From Octopus sinensis (Eukaryota), in the NCBI RefSeq assembly GCF_006345805.1, contig NC_043003.1, positions 62,620,001-62,684,000 on the forward strand: 64,000 nucleotides of DNA, in the 5' to 3' direction. A model generated the notes under the pieces. The model did no database searches. It saw only the letters and a list, made by a program, of their open reading frames with translations, and had not been told where the DNA came from. Shown piece by piece: positions 13,411 to 26,582 of this stretch. Position 1 is the stretch's first letter. Every line of letters begins with the position of its first letter. The position numbers and the translations under genes were made by a program.

Positions 13411-16400
13411 GAATGAAAAGTGAGTAGTGGTGTGGAACTGTGGTGATTGCTAAATGCTGTTTTCTGGCCCAATTGGTGGATGCAACTTATAAATTAATCT
13501 AGATTATGTGCTTAGGCATACGTAAACTTTGCAATGCTTAGAATGGCCCTTAAGTTTGTTCTCCCTTCCTCTAAAAGCCACCATAATACACATACACTGT
13601 GCCACCCAGAGTGGACTGCTCTTTCATTCTCTTTTGGCTGTGTTTGTCATTATGGAATTTATTATACCTGAACAAAATATGCATGCATAATTCATAATAA
13701 ATAATAAAATCTTCACTGAAAGTTGACAAAGGATAGCTAATCATATCTCTATTAGTAGAACATACAAAAAAAAATAGATGAATAAATGAAACAGGAAATT
13801 AATAGATAGGTATAAGCACTATTCCCACATATCCCCCACCACTCGCCATTTCCACCACTAATTCATTCATTCATTCATGCAGCCTGCTATGACTTTCACA
13901 TGTAATTCTACACAAACATGATAGATTAACATGCATGACATACTGCCAGTGAAGAAAAAGCCATTTTATATATATATATGTGTGTGCATGTGTTTGTGTG
14001 TATGTGTGTGTATATATGTATATATATTCATATATATATATATGTATATATATGTATTTATATATTAATATTTGTGTTATCAGCAATTGTTCAATTATCT
14101 GTGGTTTAACTGACAAAAGTTTATCGAAAGATGCAACATTAAGCGGCCTGTTAAAAAAATACCTGTTTAATAAATAAATACGCCCCCTCACACAAACTGC
14201 ACATCCTTGCCAGTTTAACTAGCAGCCAGTAAATTCACTCCACTTCCTCCTCTACTATATCTTTATATCTTTTCTGCTCTTCAGTTCTATCCATTTCATT
14301 CTAACCCACTTAAAATGATTACATAACTCCCACTGCTTTTCTCTATCTTTCTGCTAAAATACAATATTAAATAGCCTGCTCAGTTTCTCTTTGATAATAT
14401 CACTTTGTAAAATGAATGACTCATTTCAGAATAAATATTACCCACTTCTGACTTGTGTAACTTATTACTGATCACTCTTTTACTCCGGATGTGTCCTCAA
14501 AGCTGAGAGTAGAACTCATATAGATACCTCATATCTTTAATGCAGAGAAAATTCACATTAAAAGATAAATTATCATATGTTTTGATTTCTCTGCTAATCT
14601 TCGTGAGTTTATCTTGTATTTTTAAAACTTCTTAACCAGATATATTGGAGCATTTTTGTAAAGCTTCTTTTCCATTTTGTTATCACCAATGAAATTTCTA
14701 GCTTCATTTTTAGTTTCGTTGTTACATTTGGCTGATTACATCTACCTTTCATAAAAGTCTAGCTAAGATTTTTAGCTTGTGATAACTGATTTTCCCAAGA
14801 GATAAGCTTTTAGAAAACTGGTTATTATAAATAACACTACTGAATGTATTTTATCTCTTTCTTTCCAACCTTTTAGCTGCATGAATTTATGTATATCTTT
14901 AGTTGTATGAATACATGTATGGTTTTCCAGAGTGTGTGCATTTGTATTTCTGTATTATTTGCTTACAAAATTATCTGTATATAAAACAGCTTTCTAAGTA
15001 TCAGAATTCACAATTGTGTTTGTTTGTATTGTCATATCTCTTTGTATGTCTCTTTATATATCATATCTGTGTGTATATTACTTGAGCATGTTTAGACATA
15101 TTGTTGCTTATGTACACCTTAGTATATGCTTGTCTACATACATAGATCTAGATTTTGATCAGTAGATATTTTTATGGAATTGTGTGTCGTTATTTTGAAC
15201 CTAATTTTGTGATTTGGCCACACATTGAATTTTTATTATTAAAGTCTCTGTATTACATCATCTGGTAACATTTTCATTATTGCAGTATCTTCTTGTTTTT
15301 CCTCTCTTCCATTGGATACATTTACAGCCATTATTAGCTTGTTCACTGAACAGGAAGACCAGTCTGCTTTTAGTTGGAAGTAGGAAGTACAACTGATGTC
15401 TCGTTTATCTTTGCTTGCTCTTACTTAGCACTCCGTACCAATGTAGACATAGTCACAAAAGAGGAATGGTATTTGCTTAGAAGAAAATACCAATTCCTAA
15501 AGACTGTGTAAAAAAAAAAGCAAAAAAAAAAAAAAAGTCATGTTGTGAAAAAAGGTTTCCATTTCAAATGGGAAACTACTTAATGTTTTGAAAACAGTTA
15601 TAAATAGAGAAAAAATACCAAGAGCATATTACATCTGGCAAAATACTTAACTTGAAATTGTCGATGAGGAAGTGTTGGAAATGACGCAAAACAATTATGC
15701 CTAGACACAAATTTAAACACATGCATCCAGACTGATACATATCCCCTCCCACACTTACTGTCTCGTGCACACCTACCCAACCCCACACACACGCACACCC
15801 ACACACATGCATAAAACAGAGTGAGGTAAAAACAGATAGAAAAGTAAGTTTGTCTGAATATCTAGTTATTTGTAACTATATATACTTCTGCTCTTGTACA
15901 TGTATAAATGATAGATATGTAGAATCTGTGTATCTCTACATAAATAAAGTAATGATTTGGCAGGTAGTTTAGCTGTGATTTCCTTAAAAACCTATAACAT
16001 TTTAATGACATTTTTATTTGCCATATTATTATTTAGGGAAAATAATTATAACTTAATTTCAATGTAAGCAAGGTGTATCCTATTGTTCTAGATTAATTAA
16101 ACTGAAATTATATTTTTAAAAATAGTACAAAAACAATCAAAACAGTTAAATTCTCCAGTTAATTTCTGCACGTTTCATACTCTCATTTAAAAAGACATTT
16201 TCCAACTAACCAAATATTTATTTTTCTTTTATGGAAATGTTATGCAGTAATGGTTACTTTGTAGTTGTTAGGGATATCTTAATACAGGAGAACAATAATC
16301 CATAAATATACTGCTGCAACATTTTTAAATGGATATAAGGTCAGCCCTGCTGTGATATCTTTAGTTGTTTTGTTTTGTTTTTTTTTGTATTTTTTAAAAA

Positions 16401-16866
16401 TTTCTATTTAGCTTTTGTTGTTGTTGTTGAGCATTAGGTCAATCCTTGTCAAGCTGACCTGTCTATAACCAAAGACAATTCAGTCATGGCCATCCTATCT
16501 TCTTATATGTATGTCAAACTAATGTATCTGATCTTACATAAAACAGTAAGATGAGATTTGAGGTAGATTTGGTTGCTATTGGTAACTGTTTTGAATGACC
16601 ACATAGAAGTTCTCTTATTGACTCATGCTGCCACAGTTATATAAGCATCATATACTTTATTTACTTAATTCTAAATCTCACTGTGAAAGTCAAGATGAAT
16701 TTTGAGGGGTAACAAGAGATCTACTTGAAATATTTCTAATGTGGATGACTTTGTTGTTGTTGAATTCCATATAAGCCATGACTGAACAGACACCTATGAC
16801 AAAATGTATTCCAGTTGTGACCATAACATTTCTTAGGATGGGGCAGGGGTGGGCATAGTGCATGTA

Positions 16867-17080
16867 CAAGGGGGTGCTGAAGAGTTCCTGGCTTTGGGTA
16901 GAAGAAAATACTGGGGGATCAATTAATCGTGATTTTATTCAACATATTCCGCTCTCAAATTCGCACACTTATTGAACAGTCCTTCAGTTTTCCTAAGACC
17001 TGTAAAAGAACTTGGAATGTTGGGCCTCTAACCGGCCTTTGGTGATACCCTTAAGGCCAGGAACTTTTCAGCACCTCTTA
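16867..17080. mobile_element. Mariner-derived MITE
   Basis: TIRs caagggggtgctgaagagttcctggc / gccaggaacttttcagcacctctta, flanked by TA. A second copy in opposite orientation lies at about 52827-53016. Confidence 0.85.
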
Positions 17081-17629
17081 TAAGTCTATCTTTTCCATAT
17101 GTTTTCCTTCTTTAAAACAAAGTAAAATTTCATGATGTGGCTGCTATTTCTAGCGAATCAATATGTGCTCCATGGTAGAGATTCATACCAGGAACTTGAA
17201 TTGTATTTGCATGAATATGTAACCTGTGAATGAAAGTTATCATATGTCTTTGTATACATTTATTTATGATCACTTGTGGTTCATTGTATATAATAAATTA
17301 AAGAAAATTGGTTACATAGCAGAAATAGCTAGAGTACCATAAAATATTCCTTACTGTATTTGGCTCCCTTCATCCTCTGTGGTTTAAGTTTTAAATCCCT
17401 CTATAGCTGACCTTAACTTTCATATTGCCAGGCTTTATGAAATAAGTACCATATATGTACTGCTAGGATCAGTTCATTCCACTAAACCTTCTATCATAAA
17501 TTTATGACCTTGTGTAAATATTTATTAATAAATTAGAAATTAAACTGGCAAGGCCATAGTCCATGGCCAAAGTCAGTGAAAGAGTAAAGAGCTATTCTTC
17601 TGTTTTGAAAAGATTTTACTACTCTCTCC

Positions 17630-17677
<48 letters not shown>

Positions 17678-19253
17678 AGAATACATCTGTCATCATCATG
17701 AGCTGGTTTACAAATGGACTCACTCCTTAATTCTAATACTTAAACCATGAAATGGAAGAGTAATTTATCTTCAGTGAGAAAGTTGTATGAGAGAATAACA
17801 AATGCTCGAAGCAAGGTTTAAACACATTACTATTGTAATCAACCTGTACTCTAAATTATTCAGTTATTCTCTCGTTTGGTTACTTTAACTCTTTTAATCT
17901 ATTGCCGTCCAACCCGTGCTAGCACGGAAAACGGACGTTAAACAATGATGATGATGATGATGATGATGAATAATTATTTGGGATGTAGGATAGACAAATT
18001 CCAGATTCTGAATAGGAAAATGTTTGCTTTAAATTAAGATTAAATGTAGGTTTTTTTGGGGGTTTTTTTTATCGCTGACTTGGTATTTAATTCTTACATT
18101 AACATCAAGAAGGTGAGTATTTTAGGACTTGATAAGGTTTTAAATAGAAAAACTGATGAATTTCAGTCAGATAGAAATATATTATAGCTCCAAAATAGAC
18201 CACCACACAAATATAACAAATTTAATTTTCTAATTGTGCAGTATGACCTGCAGACTCTCTATTTGTAGACAAAAGTCAAGAATAATAAATTCACAGTTTT
18301 GGATAGGACGGCTTCTCTTGATATAAATCCATCTTCTTCGAGAAAATTGGCATAACAACAAAAATAAATGAAATCTTTGAAAGTTATCTCTTCAAATAGT
18401 GTCCAATAAAATTTTATTTCCTGTTACTAGAATATGTCCTGATAACATTTAACATCTTTAATACATACTTTTGCAAAATTTTACATCATTTAATACTTTC
18501 TCATCCTGTAAATTCTACCAAAAATATCCCTTTTAAAACATTTTTATCCCACTAAATAGGTAAGTTTAATTTGTTTGTTTATATGATTGAATATACATAC
18601 TATTTTAAGTATTCTTCCTTATATTTCTTCACACTTTTCTGATAATACTTATCTTTTTATTAAGGGAAATTAGCCTATTTTAAAATGTGTCTATTTTTAC
18701 TGGAATGGAAATTTCGTGTGATGCAAGAGCTATGAATCTCTGTAGCCAGCTATTCTCTCTGGAATGGTTGTAAATAATTCAACTTCATAATAAAATTGCT
18801 AAGCCTATAAAAAGTACATTTTTAGGAAGCAAAGTTGTAAACATGGTTTTATATTTCTTTTAATAAATGGGTTTCTTTTTAATATATTTTATCTTTTATT
18901 TTTCCCTTGAAAAGAGTTTCTTTCTTCATGTTTCCATCTGTGCTTACTTTGTCTTTGTTTAACATTTTATCAGTTCTTTTACTTACATCTTTCTGTTCAT
19001 ATTGTGCTCTGAATTTCAAATTATATGTAAGAACTTCTTCCAAATTCACTTTTAATCTAGGCTATGCATTTCAGCTTTATCAAATAAAAAAAAGTACTTT
19101 GTATTTTCACTAAGCAATGATCAAATGGCTGGTTTTGTTTAATTATTTAACCTTAAATTTTACATTTAATTATGAAAATCACTATATGTTTATATTTCTT
19201 AAATGAGCTGTCATGTACACTATTTAGTCCTTTTTAAATAACAAGATTATTTG

Positions 19254-19326
19254 AATAAAGTACTACAGTGTATTTATAATCAAAGATTGGCAATCTTTGA
19301 TTAGAAATGCACTGTAGTACTTTATT
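19254..19326. repeat. 73-bp near-perfect hairpin/palindrome
   Basis: 36-bp arms with 2 mismatches and a 1-nt spacer: aataaagtactacagtgtatttataatcaaagattg-g-caatctttgattagaaatgcactgtagtactttatt. Confidence 0.9.
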
Positions 19327-19424
19327 TGTTTAATTTACTCTAAGAAGCTATATTGTTTAACTGGAAAAGTTATTGCTTTTTTTAGTGCATATGTACTCTA
19401 TTGTATTTTCATGAAATATTTGAT

Positions 19425-19830
19425 ACTTCCTTCCTAACGATGTAGTTCAGGTTCAATACCACTGTGTGGCACTTTGGGCAAGTATCTTTTGTTGTAGCTC
19501 TGGGCTGACCAATGCCTGGTGGATGGATTTAGTTGATGGAAATTGGAAGATGCCCATTATGTGTGTGTGTGTGTGTGTATACATGTGTGTGTGTGTGTGT
19601 GTGTATACCCCTGTTTTGACATCATTTGATGGTTGTAAGCAAGAATCAGTGTTATACAAGCAATGTTGTTCGTTACCAGTCTTTCATGAAAAACATGCCT
19701 GGCTTTGTGAAGCATTACCTTACCTGGAAACAGGTGAGGGTTGATAATAGAAAAGGCATTCAGTCTTAGAAAATCTGCCTCAATAAATTCTATCTGATTC
19801 ACTATACAAGTATGGAAAAGAGAACATTAG
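19425..19830 (+). mobile_element. SINE with family B-type head and internal (TG)n
   Basis: GGTTCAATACCACTGTGTGGCACTTTGGGCAAGT head/core, a (TG)n tract and a ...GACGATGATG end. Confidence 0.65.
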
Positions 19831-21984
19831 ACGATGATGATGATTTAATGCTACCTACCGCAGTTCACTTAGCTAGTATGAAAGATAAAATAACTTTGTG
19901 GTCATAGTGTTAATTGTGGGAAAATATTAATCTAATTTTATTTGATAGACATCTATCATAAAATGTATGTTGACATTTTGTTTTGCACTCTACTCACATT
20001 TAAATAATATCCATCCATTAATGGATGCTTTTACTTGACCTACAAGATATTCTAATAGCAGAATTTAATTGTTACTTTATCAGCCACGTCTTCATTACAA
20101 ATACAAATCAGATTTTTTTCAGCATTAATTCAATGCTTTATTAGCTTTATATTTATTATTGTCATCAAGTTTATACCCAATATATAATGTAATTTAAAAC
20201 TAATGAAAAGAATTGCACTTAGTGTAACCATTAAGATTTTATAAATTATTGTCTCATCTGATATAACCAGTTAGTTTTAATTCAATTAACCTTCAAATAA
20301 AACTTTAATAGCGTGAGAAGTAATTATTAGGTATGTTTCCTTTTTAATCTAACCTCTAAGTATTTACCATCAATAAACGTTATGGAAATATAAAATATAC
20401 TTGAAATTGATAAAATGACTTCTGTACTTTTTAAATGAATAAAATCTCAAGATCTAGTATAGAAGGCTCTAGTTAGAATATATAGCTAGTGTAGGATAAG
20501 ATTTTAATAGGAAATGACACAGCATCAGAAGAAAAAATGCTCTGTCAATTAGAAGTCAAGCAGAGCTTTTTGTTAAGATTCCAGAATTTTTTTTTTTTCC
20601 ATTTTGAACTGCCAGCAAAAACTCACTTTTATTGGGAGAACAAAAGAATATTGATCTTGATAGGGTATTGAATAGTAGAGAAGGCACTTCCAGCTGAATG
20701 AATATATTTATTTAGTACACTGAAAGGGAGAAAATTATATTTTTAAAAAAAATCATCTTAATACTTAAAGCAGCTGACTTTCTGACAAGATACATTTCAT
20801 TCATTGAGTAAACAAGTTTCAAGTTGATCAATCCATGTTACTTTAAATAGGAACAGCCACACTGGCATTGAAAATTCCCAATTGGAAACTTGGTCAATCA
20901 GTTCTTAATATACTTTAAGACAGGCTGCTTTGGTCTATCTATATTCCTTTAAAATAAATGAGCTCAACACATCACAATTGTAAATTGATCTTTTCAGACA
21001 TAATTATCTTTATGCATAAGTGTCAGAGAGGAGGGATAAAGAAAAACGAGAGTTAGAAAATAAAGAATTTTTATATATACATCTTTTTTTTTTATATATA
21101 TATTTTGTGAAAAAAGTAACTATGTTCTAAGCAGAAAGAAAATTGTAGGATTACTGATAACATTTTCAAATAGAATTCATTAAAAAATTAATGAAAGACA
21201 AGCTTTAGAATCTTGCCAAAATTTATCAATATTTTAGTGTGTTTAGTTTTAATTAAGAATTGCTGTCTTAAAGGAAAATATTCTTTTAATTAGATTTTTT
21301 TTTTATTTTTAAAAGTGTCAATTACATTTTGATAAAATAAAATTAATCAATTTTTTTCTATTCCAGTTTCTGACAAATCAAGTGTTGTTAAATATGCATA
21401 ACAAGATATTGTTAATTACCTCCTTTTTTATTAAGTAAGTCACTAGTAGAGTATAAGTAAAGTATTTTGAAATGATAAGGTACACTTTGTATGCATGAAT
21501 GTTGCCATTTTTTTTTATAACAAACTGATGTAACATTGTCACCAGACTCAGAACTCTCTTCTCTATGCTATGTTGGTGTTGTTTTAGAGCAGCTGTTGTG
21601 TAATCTCAGATCAACCCTGATGAAGCAAACCTATAGTGTGCAGGTGGTTGGCCAAATATCTAGGAGCTGTCCACAGATACATATATGATGCTGTTACATA
21701 GCTGTGGAATATACTACACTATACTGCACATTCTGGTATACATTGGTTAATTATATGTGGTGCAGTATTACAGTCTATGTTGTCCTATTTTCACTGTCCA
21801 CTCTGTTTCCACTTGTCTAGCTTTTGTTGCTTATCATGACACAGATGAACAAAGTGAACTCAATCTGAATGAGATAGATGCTTTGCCTCTGCACTCAGAA
21901 TTTGTAATATGCATACCAGCACAGTGTTTGAGGTTAATGACTGTATTGATACATGATGCTACTGATATTTGTGTGTGTGTGTGT

Positions 21985-22022
<38 letters not shown>

Positions 22023-22689
22023 CGTGCGTGCGTGTGTACATGTGTGTGTGTTCTTTCTGTTTCTTGATTGAATGGGTTTAGTATTCTTAGGATAGAATTG
22101 TAGTAGTGGTCTGCAGTGGTTTTTTTTTTCTTGTGTCAGTATATTTGGAGAGCATCGATTATGTATATAGTAGCAAGGATTGTGAGAGCTGTTGGTACCG
22201 TAGATGGGTTGTGTTGCCTGGGTCACGAGGAACTGAACTTTTGGTTGTTGAGCCATAACGCAATTACAGACAATCTCTTAATATGAGATTAATAGAAAAA
22301 TATCATATTCTGGAGGAAGTGAAGCATGGCAAGTTTGAAGAAGTGCTGAAAGAGAGGAACAGAGAGCATGAGAGGGAGGGAGAGAGAGAGAGAGATAAAG
22401 AGAGAGAGAGAGAGAGAAGTGATACAGAAGCAAAAGGAGAAAAGAGCAAACATAGAGTAAGAGTGTTGCTCTTAGTTCAAATCCCACCAAAGTTACTTGA
22501 ATGTTTCATCCTTATGTGGTTGATGAAGTAGTTCAGTATGGGACCTGATTCTTCTTCTCTCCCTCTTTCTTGTTACCTCTCCCTATTTCAGTGATTCTCA
22601 ACCATTTTCTTACTTATGGACCACTTTAGTTTTTGTTTTATTTGGATGGACCCTTGTAGCCGTTCACTGTTTAAAAAATCCTATTATGT

Positions 22690-22852
22690 AGGTACAAGCA
22701 TGGCTGTGTGGTAAGAAGCTTGCATCCCAAACACGTACTTCAGGGTTTAGTCTTACTGTGTGGCACCTTGAGAAAGTGTCTCCTACTATAACCTTGAACC
22801 AACCAAAACCTTGTGAGTGGATTTGATGGATGGAAACTGAAAGAAGCCTTGT
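22690..22852 (+). mobile_element. Family B SINE head (truncated)
   Basis: GCATGGCTGTGTGGTAAGAAGCTTGC...GTGGCACCTTGAGAAAGTGTC...GGAAACTGAAAGAAGCC. Confidence 0.75.
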
Positions 22853-24039
22853 TTTTATGATCTCATTCTCATTTTGTTCATATTTTTTTGATGTCCTGTA
22901 CCCATATATATCTATTATATAAAATCCGTTCTGTCTGTGTATGTGTCTTCTAGGATCTTGGGCATCCTCCATCCGATTGCACTCAAATTTGATATATAGA
23001 TAACAACGGTATCAGGACGTGTATAAGTCTTGAAAAAATTACAAAAACCCATTCTAGGTGAGAATGCAATCGATAAAGCCATGGGAACATGCATTTGTAA
23101 AATCGTTTTTTTTGGAATAGAAAAGAAGTCTATCTTTATTTCTTCTTTTGCAGGTGTCTCAAATTTAGGTTAAATCAGTGTTTCTCAAAGGTGAGACCTA
23201 TGGGACGGTCGGACAAGTTGTTTTGAGAAAATTTGGTTTAAATGTTTGACAACTCAGTACCGTCCATTTGACGGGGGGGGGGCGTTTTGCTCGTACATAT
23301 ATATGTAGGTATGTACATATATGTATGCATATATATATGCATATATTTATATATTATTTATATTATTATATGATAGAACGCCACACATCCATTTCCAAGT
23401 AGATTTTATCTTAATAATTCCGATGTGCACTCAACATCCAATCTCTATCCTTTCTATTTATCTCCCTCTCTTGTTCTTCTTCTTTCCTGTTTTTCTCTCT
23501 CACCCTTTCCCTATTCTTCTCCTCTCCCCTTCACCGTTCCCTCTCTCTCTCTCTTTCTTCCTCCTTGACTCTCTCGTTGCTCACATGTGACCAATGGCTA
23601 TCTGTCTTTCTTGTTCACCACTTCACCTTGTCTTGGCTTGGCAACCTTCACTGTTTTCTTTTTACTGTTTTGTTCTTACTGTCCGGTTTTTGTTACCACT
23701 TTAACCCTCCACAAAAATCCCAAATTTTATTTAATTTGCTTTGCGGGAAGGACTGTTTTAATGAAGTCATGTCTTGTCCCTACCTTCAAAATGTGGAGTA
23801 GATAAAATAGGAGACAGCTAATGAAGGGAATGTTCTTTATGTTGCATATCTCGTTTTTCTATTTGTTTCATTTGTTGTTCGAAAGGATGTTCATTCTCTA
23901 TGTTTTTGTTTTTTATGTTCTCGTTTCTCATTTTGTTCACATTTTTTATGTCCTGTACCCATATATGCATGTATATATACATATATATGTAGGTATGTAC
24001 ATATATGTATATATGCATGTATTTATATATTATTTATAT

Positions 24040-24040
<1 letters not shown>
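22853..24040 (+). mobile_element. Direct-repeat-bounded non-autonomous element, possibly Penelope-derived
   Basis: About 120-bp direct repeats (22853-22910 plus 23294-23355 versus 23910-24040). A GCTAATGAAGGG motif near 23817 resembles a decayed CTGATGA hammerhead core. Confidence 0.5.
22911..23293 (+). mobile_element. Non-autonomous Helitron-like element
   Basis: 5' TCTATTATATAAAA, a 3' hairpin ccgtc-cattt-gacgg (23260-23274) and a CTCG end (CTRR-like). It is inserted between A and T with no TSD. Removing it restores the direct repeat. Confidence 0.7.
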
Positions 24041-24089
<49 letters not shown>

Positions 24090-24091
<2 letters not shown>

Positions 24092-24870
24092 TGCAGAAGT
24101 GGCTGTGTGGTTAGTAGTTTGCTTACCAACCACATGGTTCCGAGGTCAGACCCACTGTGTGGCACCTTGGGCAAGTGTCTTCTACTATAGCCTCGGGCTA
24201 ACCAAAGCCTGGTGAGTGGATTTGGCAGACAGAAATTGAAAGAAGCCTGTCGTATATATATATATATATATATATATGCATATATATACAGTAGTACCTC
24301 AGTTTACGAATGCCTCTGATCATGAAAAAATCAGGCTTTATATATATCTATAACAATATCTATATATATAAAGCACAATTTATTCATGATCAAAAATGTT
24401 TGAAAACCGAGGTACATCTATATATATAGGTGTGTGTGTATGTTTGTGTGTCTGTGTTTGTCTCCCCACTATCACTTCATAACTGATGATAGTGTGTTTA
24501 CATCCCCATAACTTAGTGGTTTGGCAAAAGAGACTGAAAGAATAAGTACTAAGCTTACAAAGAATAAGTCCTGGGGTTGATTTGTTCAATGAAAGGTGGT
24601 GCTCCAGCATAGCCAGTCAAATTACTGAAACAAATAAAAGAATATGTGTATGTGTGCCTTTATTGCTATGTTTGTCCCACCACCGCTTGACAACTGGTGC
24701 TGGTGGGTTTACATCACCGTAACTTAGCAGTTCAGCAAAAGAGACTGAAAGAATAAGTTCCAGGCTTAAAAAAAAAGTACTGGAGTCGATACATTCGATT
24801 AAAAATTCTGCAAGGTGGTGCTCCAGTATGGCCACAGTCTAATGACTGAAACAAGTAAAAGATAAAAGAT
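24090..24870 (+). mobile_element. Family B SINE interrupted by a pogo-like MITE, with a duplicated 3' tail
   Basis: Head at 24090. The tail block (gtttgtcccc..cttgacaactg..gactgaaacaagtaaaag) occurs twice, at about 24455-24640 and 24670-24870. Confidence 0.75.
24289..24420. mobile_element. Short pogo/Tigger-like MITE
   Basis: ta-cagtagtacctcagtttacgaa ... ttgaaaaccgaggtacatcta-ta imperfect TIRs within a (TA)n tract. Confidence 0.6.
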
Positions 24871-25818
24871 ATTTCTATGATTGAATATCATTAGGAATTG
24901 TATAAGAAATTGCTAAAATATTTGGCATATCATAGAAGTATAACAAATTCAATTAACACAAATCGGAAAAACAAAGTCAAATACGAACCCCTGTTGAGAA
25001 CCACCGCCCTATCTCTTCCTGACTTTCTCACTCAATAAAGAGAAAGTTTAGCCATTATTCAGAGGTTTATGAGTAAGGTAATAATGGCGGTGGCAGCTGC
25101 TACAGCTGCTAAGATATGTCAAATGGAGTAAGCAATGATTTTAAAATTATCTAGTTTCAAGAATGTGTCTTTCAAACAAATAAAACTGATCTATGGAAAG
25201 TGAAAGTTAAAAATAGAAAGTGTCTAAAAAAATGGCCAATGAAGACAAAAGAGATGAGTTTTTGTGGAACAATAGAAGACCTGTTCGTAGCATGGAGTAA
25301 GGGAAAAGGTGTTGTGTGTTCTTTTGAGTTGATTTAGCTGTGAGGTCAAGAGATTTGAACATTTATATAAACGTTTGTATGGAAACAAAAATCATTGTTG
25401 TGTATTATTTCTGTTAGTGGATATAAATATATATACATACACTCACATGTTTGTGTGTGTTTATATGTCTCTATGTATGTATATATCATCATCATCATCA
25501 TCATTTAGCATCCATTTTCCATGCTGGCATGAGTTGATATATATGTGTATGTATATATGTGTGTATGTGTGTGTGCACATATGTATATGATGATGATATA
25601 TGTATGTATGCATATACACATATTTAAGTATGTATACACGCGTGTGTGTATATATATATATATTTAATATATATTTTCTTGAATATATGAGCGATGTATC
25701 AGCACACACATGTGACCAGCCACCTGGTAAAATTTGAGTAAACTTATTTTTTGATGTAATACATACATATTATACACACTTATATATGTGCATATTTGTA
25801 TCTCTCCCCCTCTCTCTT

Positions 25819-25850
<32 letters not shown>

Positions 25851-25855
25851 TACAT

Positions 25856-25962
<107 letters not shown>

Positions 25963-26548
25963 ATATATATATATTCATATATATATGTGTGTGTGTGTAT
26001 GCTTATATACAGATTTGTGTTTATATTTATTGCTATAAGAAGATCCATGCAGCCCCTCCCAGACTGGGCAATGATGCTTTTAATGTTGTTTAAACTGTTA
26101 CATGTCAACACCTGCCGGAAAGATATGATTGGAGAGGGGTAGATTCCAGTGAGCACATGCGCAGGGGATGAAGGACTGGGTATGCAAGTTAATGGGTGGG
26201 GAGGTAGAGGCCAAAGCACCAAGGATGCTAAGAGATGGTGAGATGGGTGGGCTAGTCATGCTGGAGTAGGAGAGGCATGTGTGTGTGTGTATGTATATAT
26301 ATATATATATACACCCACACACAGGTATATGTATGTACGTATGCATGTATGTTTATGTTCCAAATTAAAGTTATCACTACTATGTGTGTGTTAGTATCTG
26401 AGTATTGTTTTTACAAAGGGAAGTTTTGTCTATGTAGACCTCAATGCACTATGACAGATGTATAGCTGAAACTTTGAAATAACAGTCAACCTTTCCCTTA
26501 TGCAGACAATATATTTATATATATATGTACCTCTCTCTCTCTCTCTCT

Positions 26549-26582
<34 letters not shown>

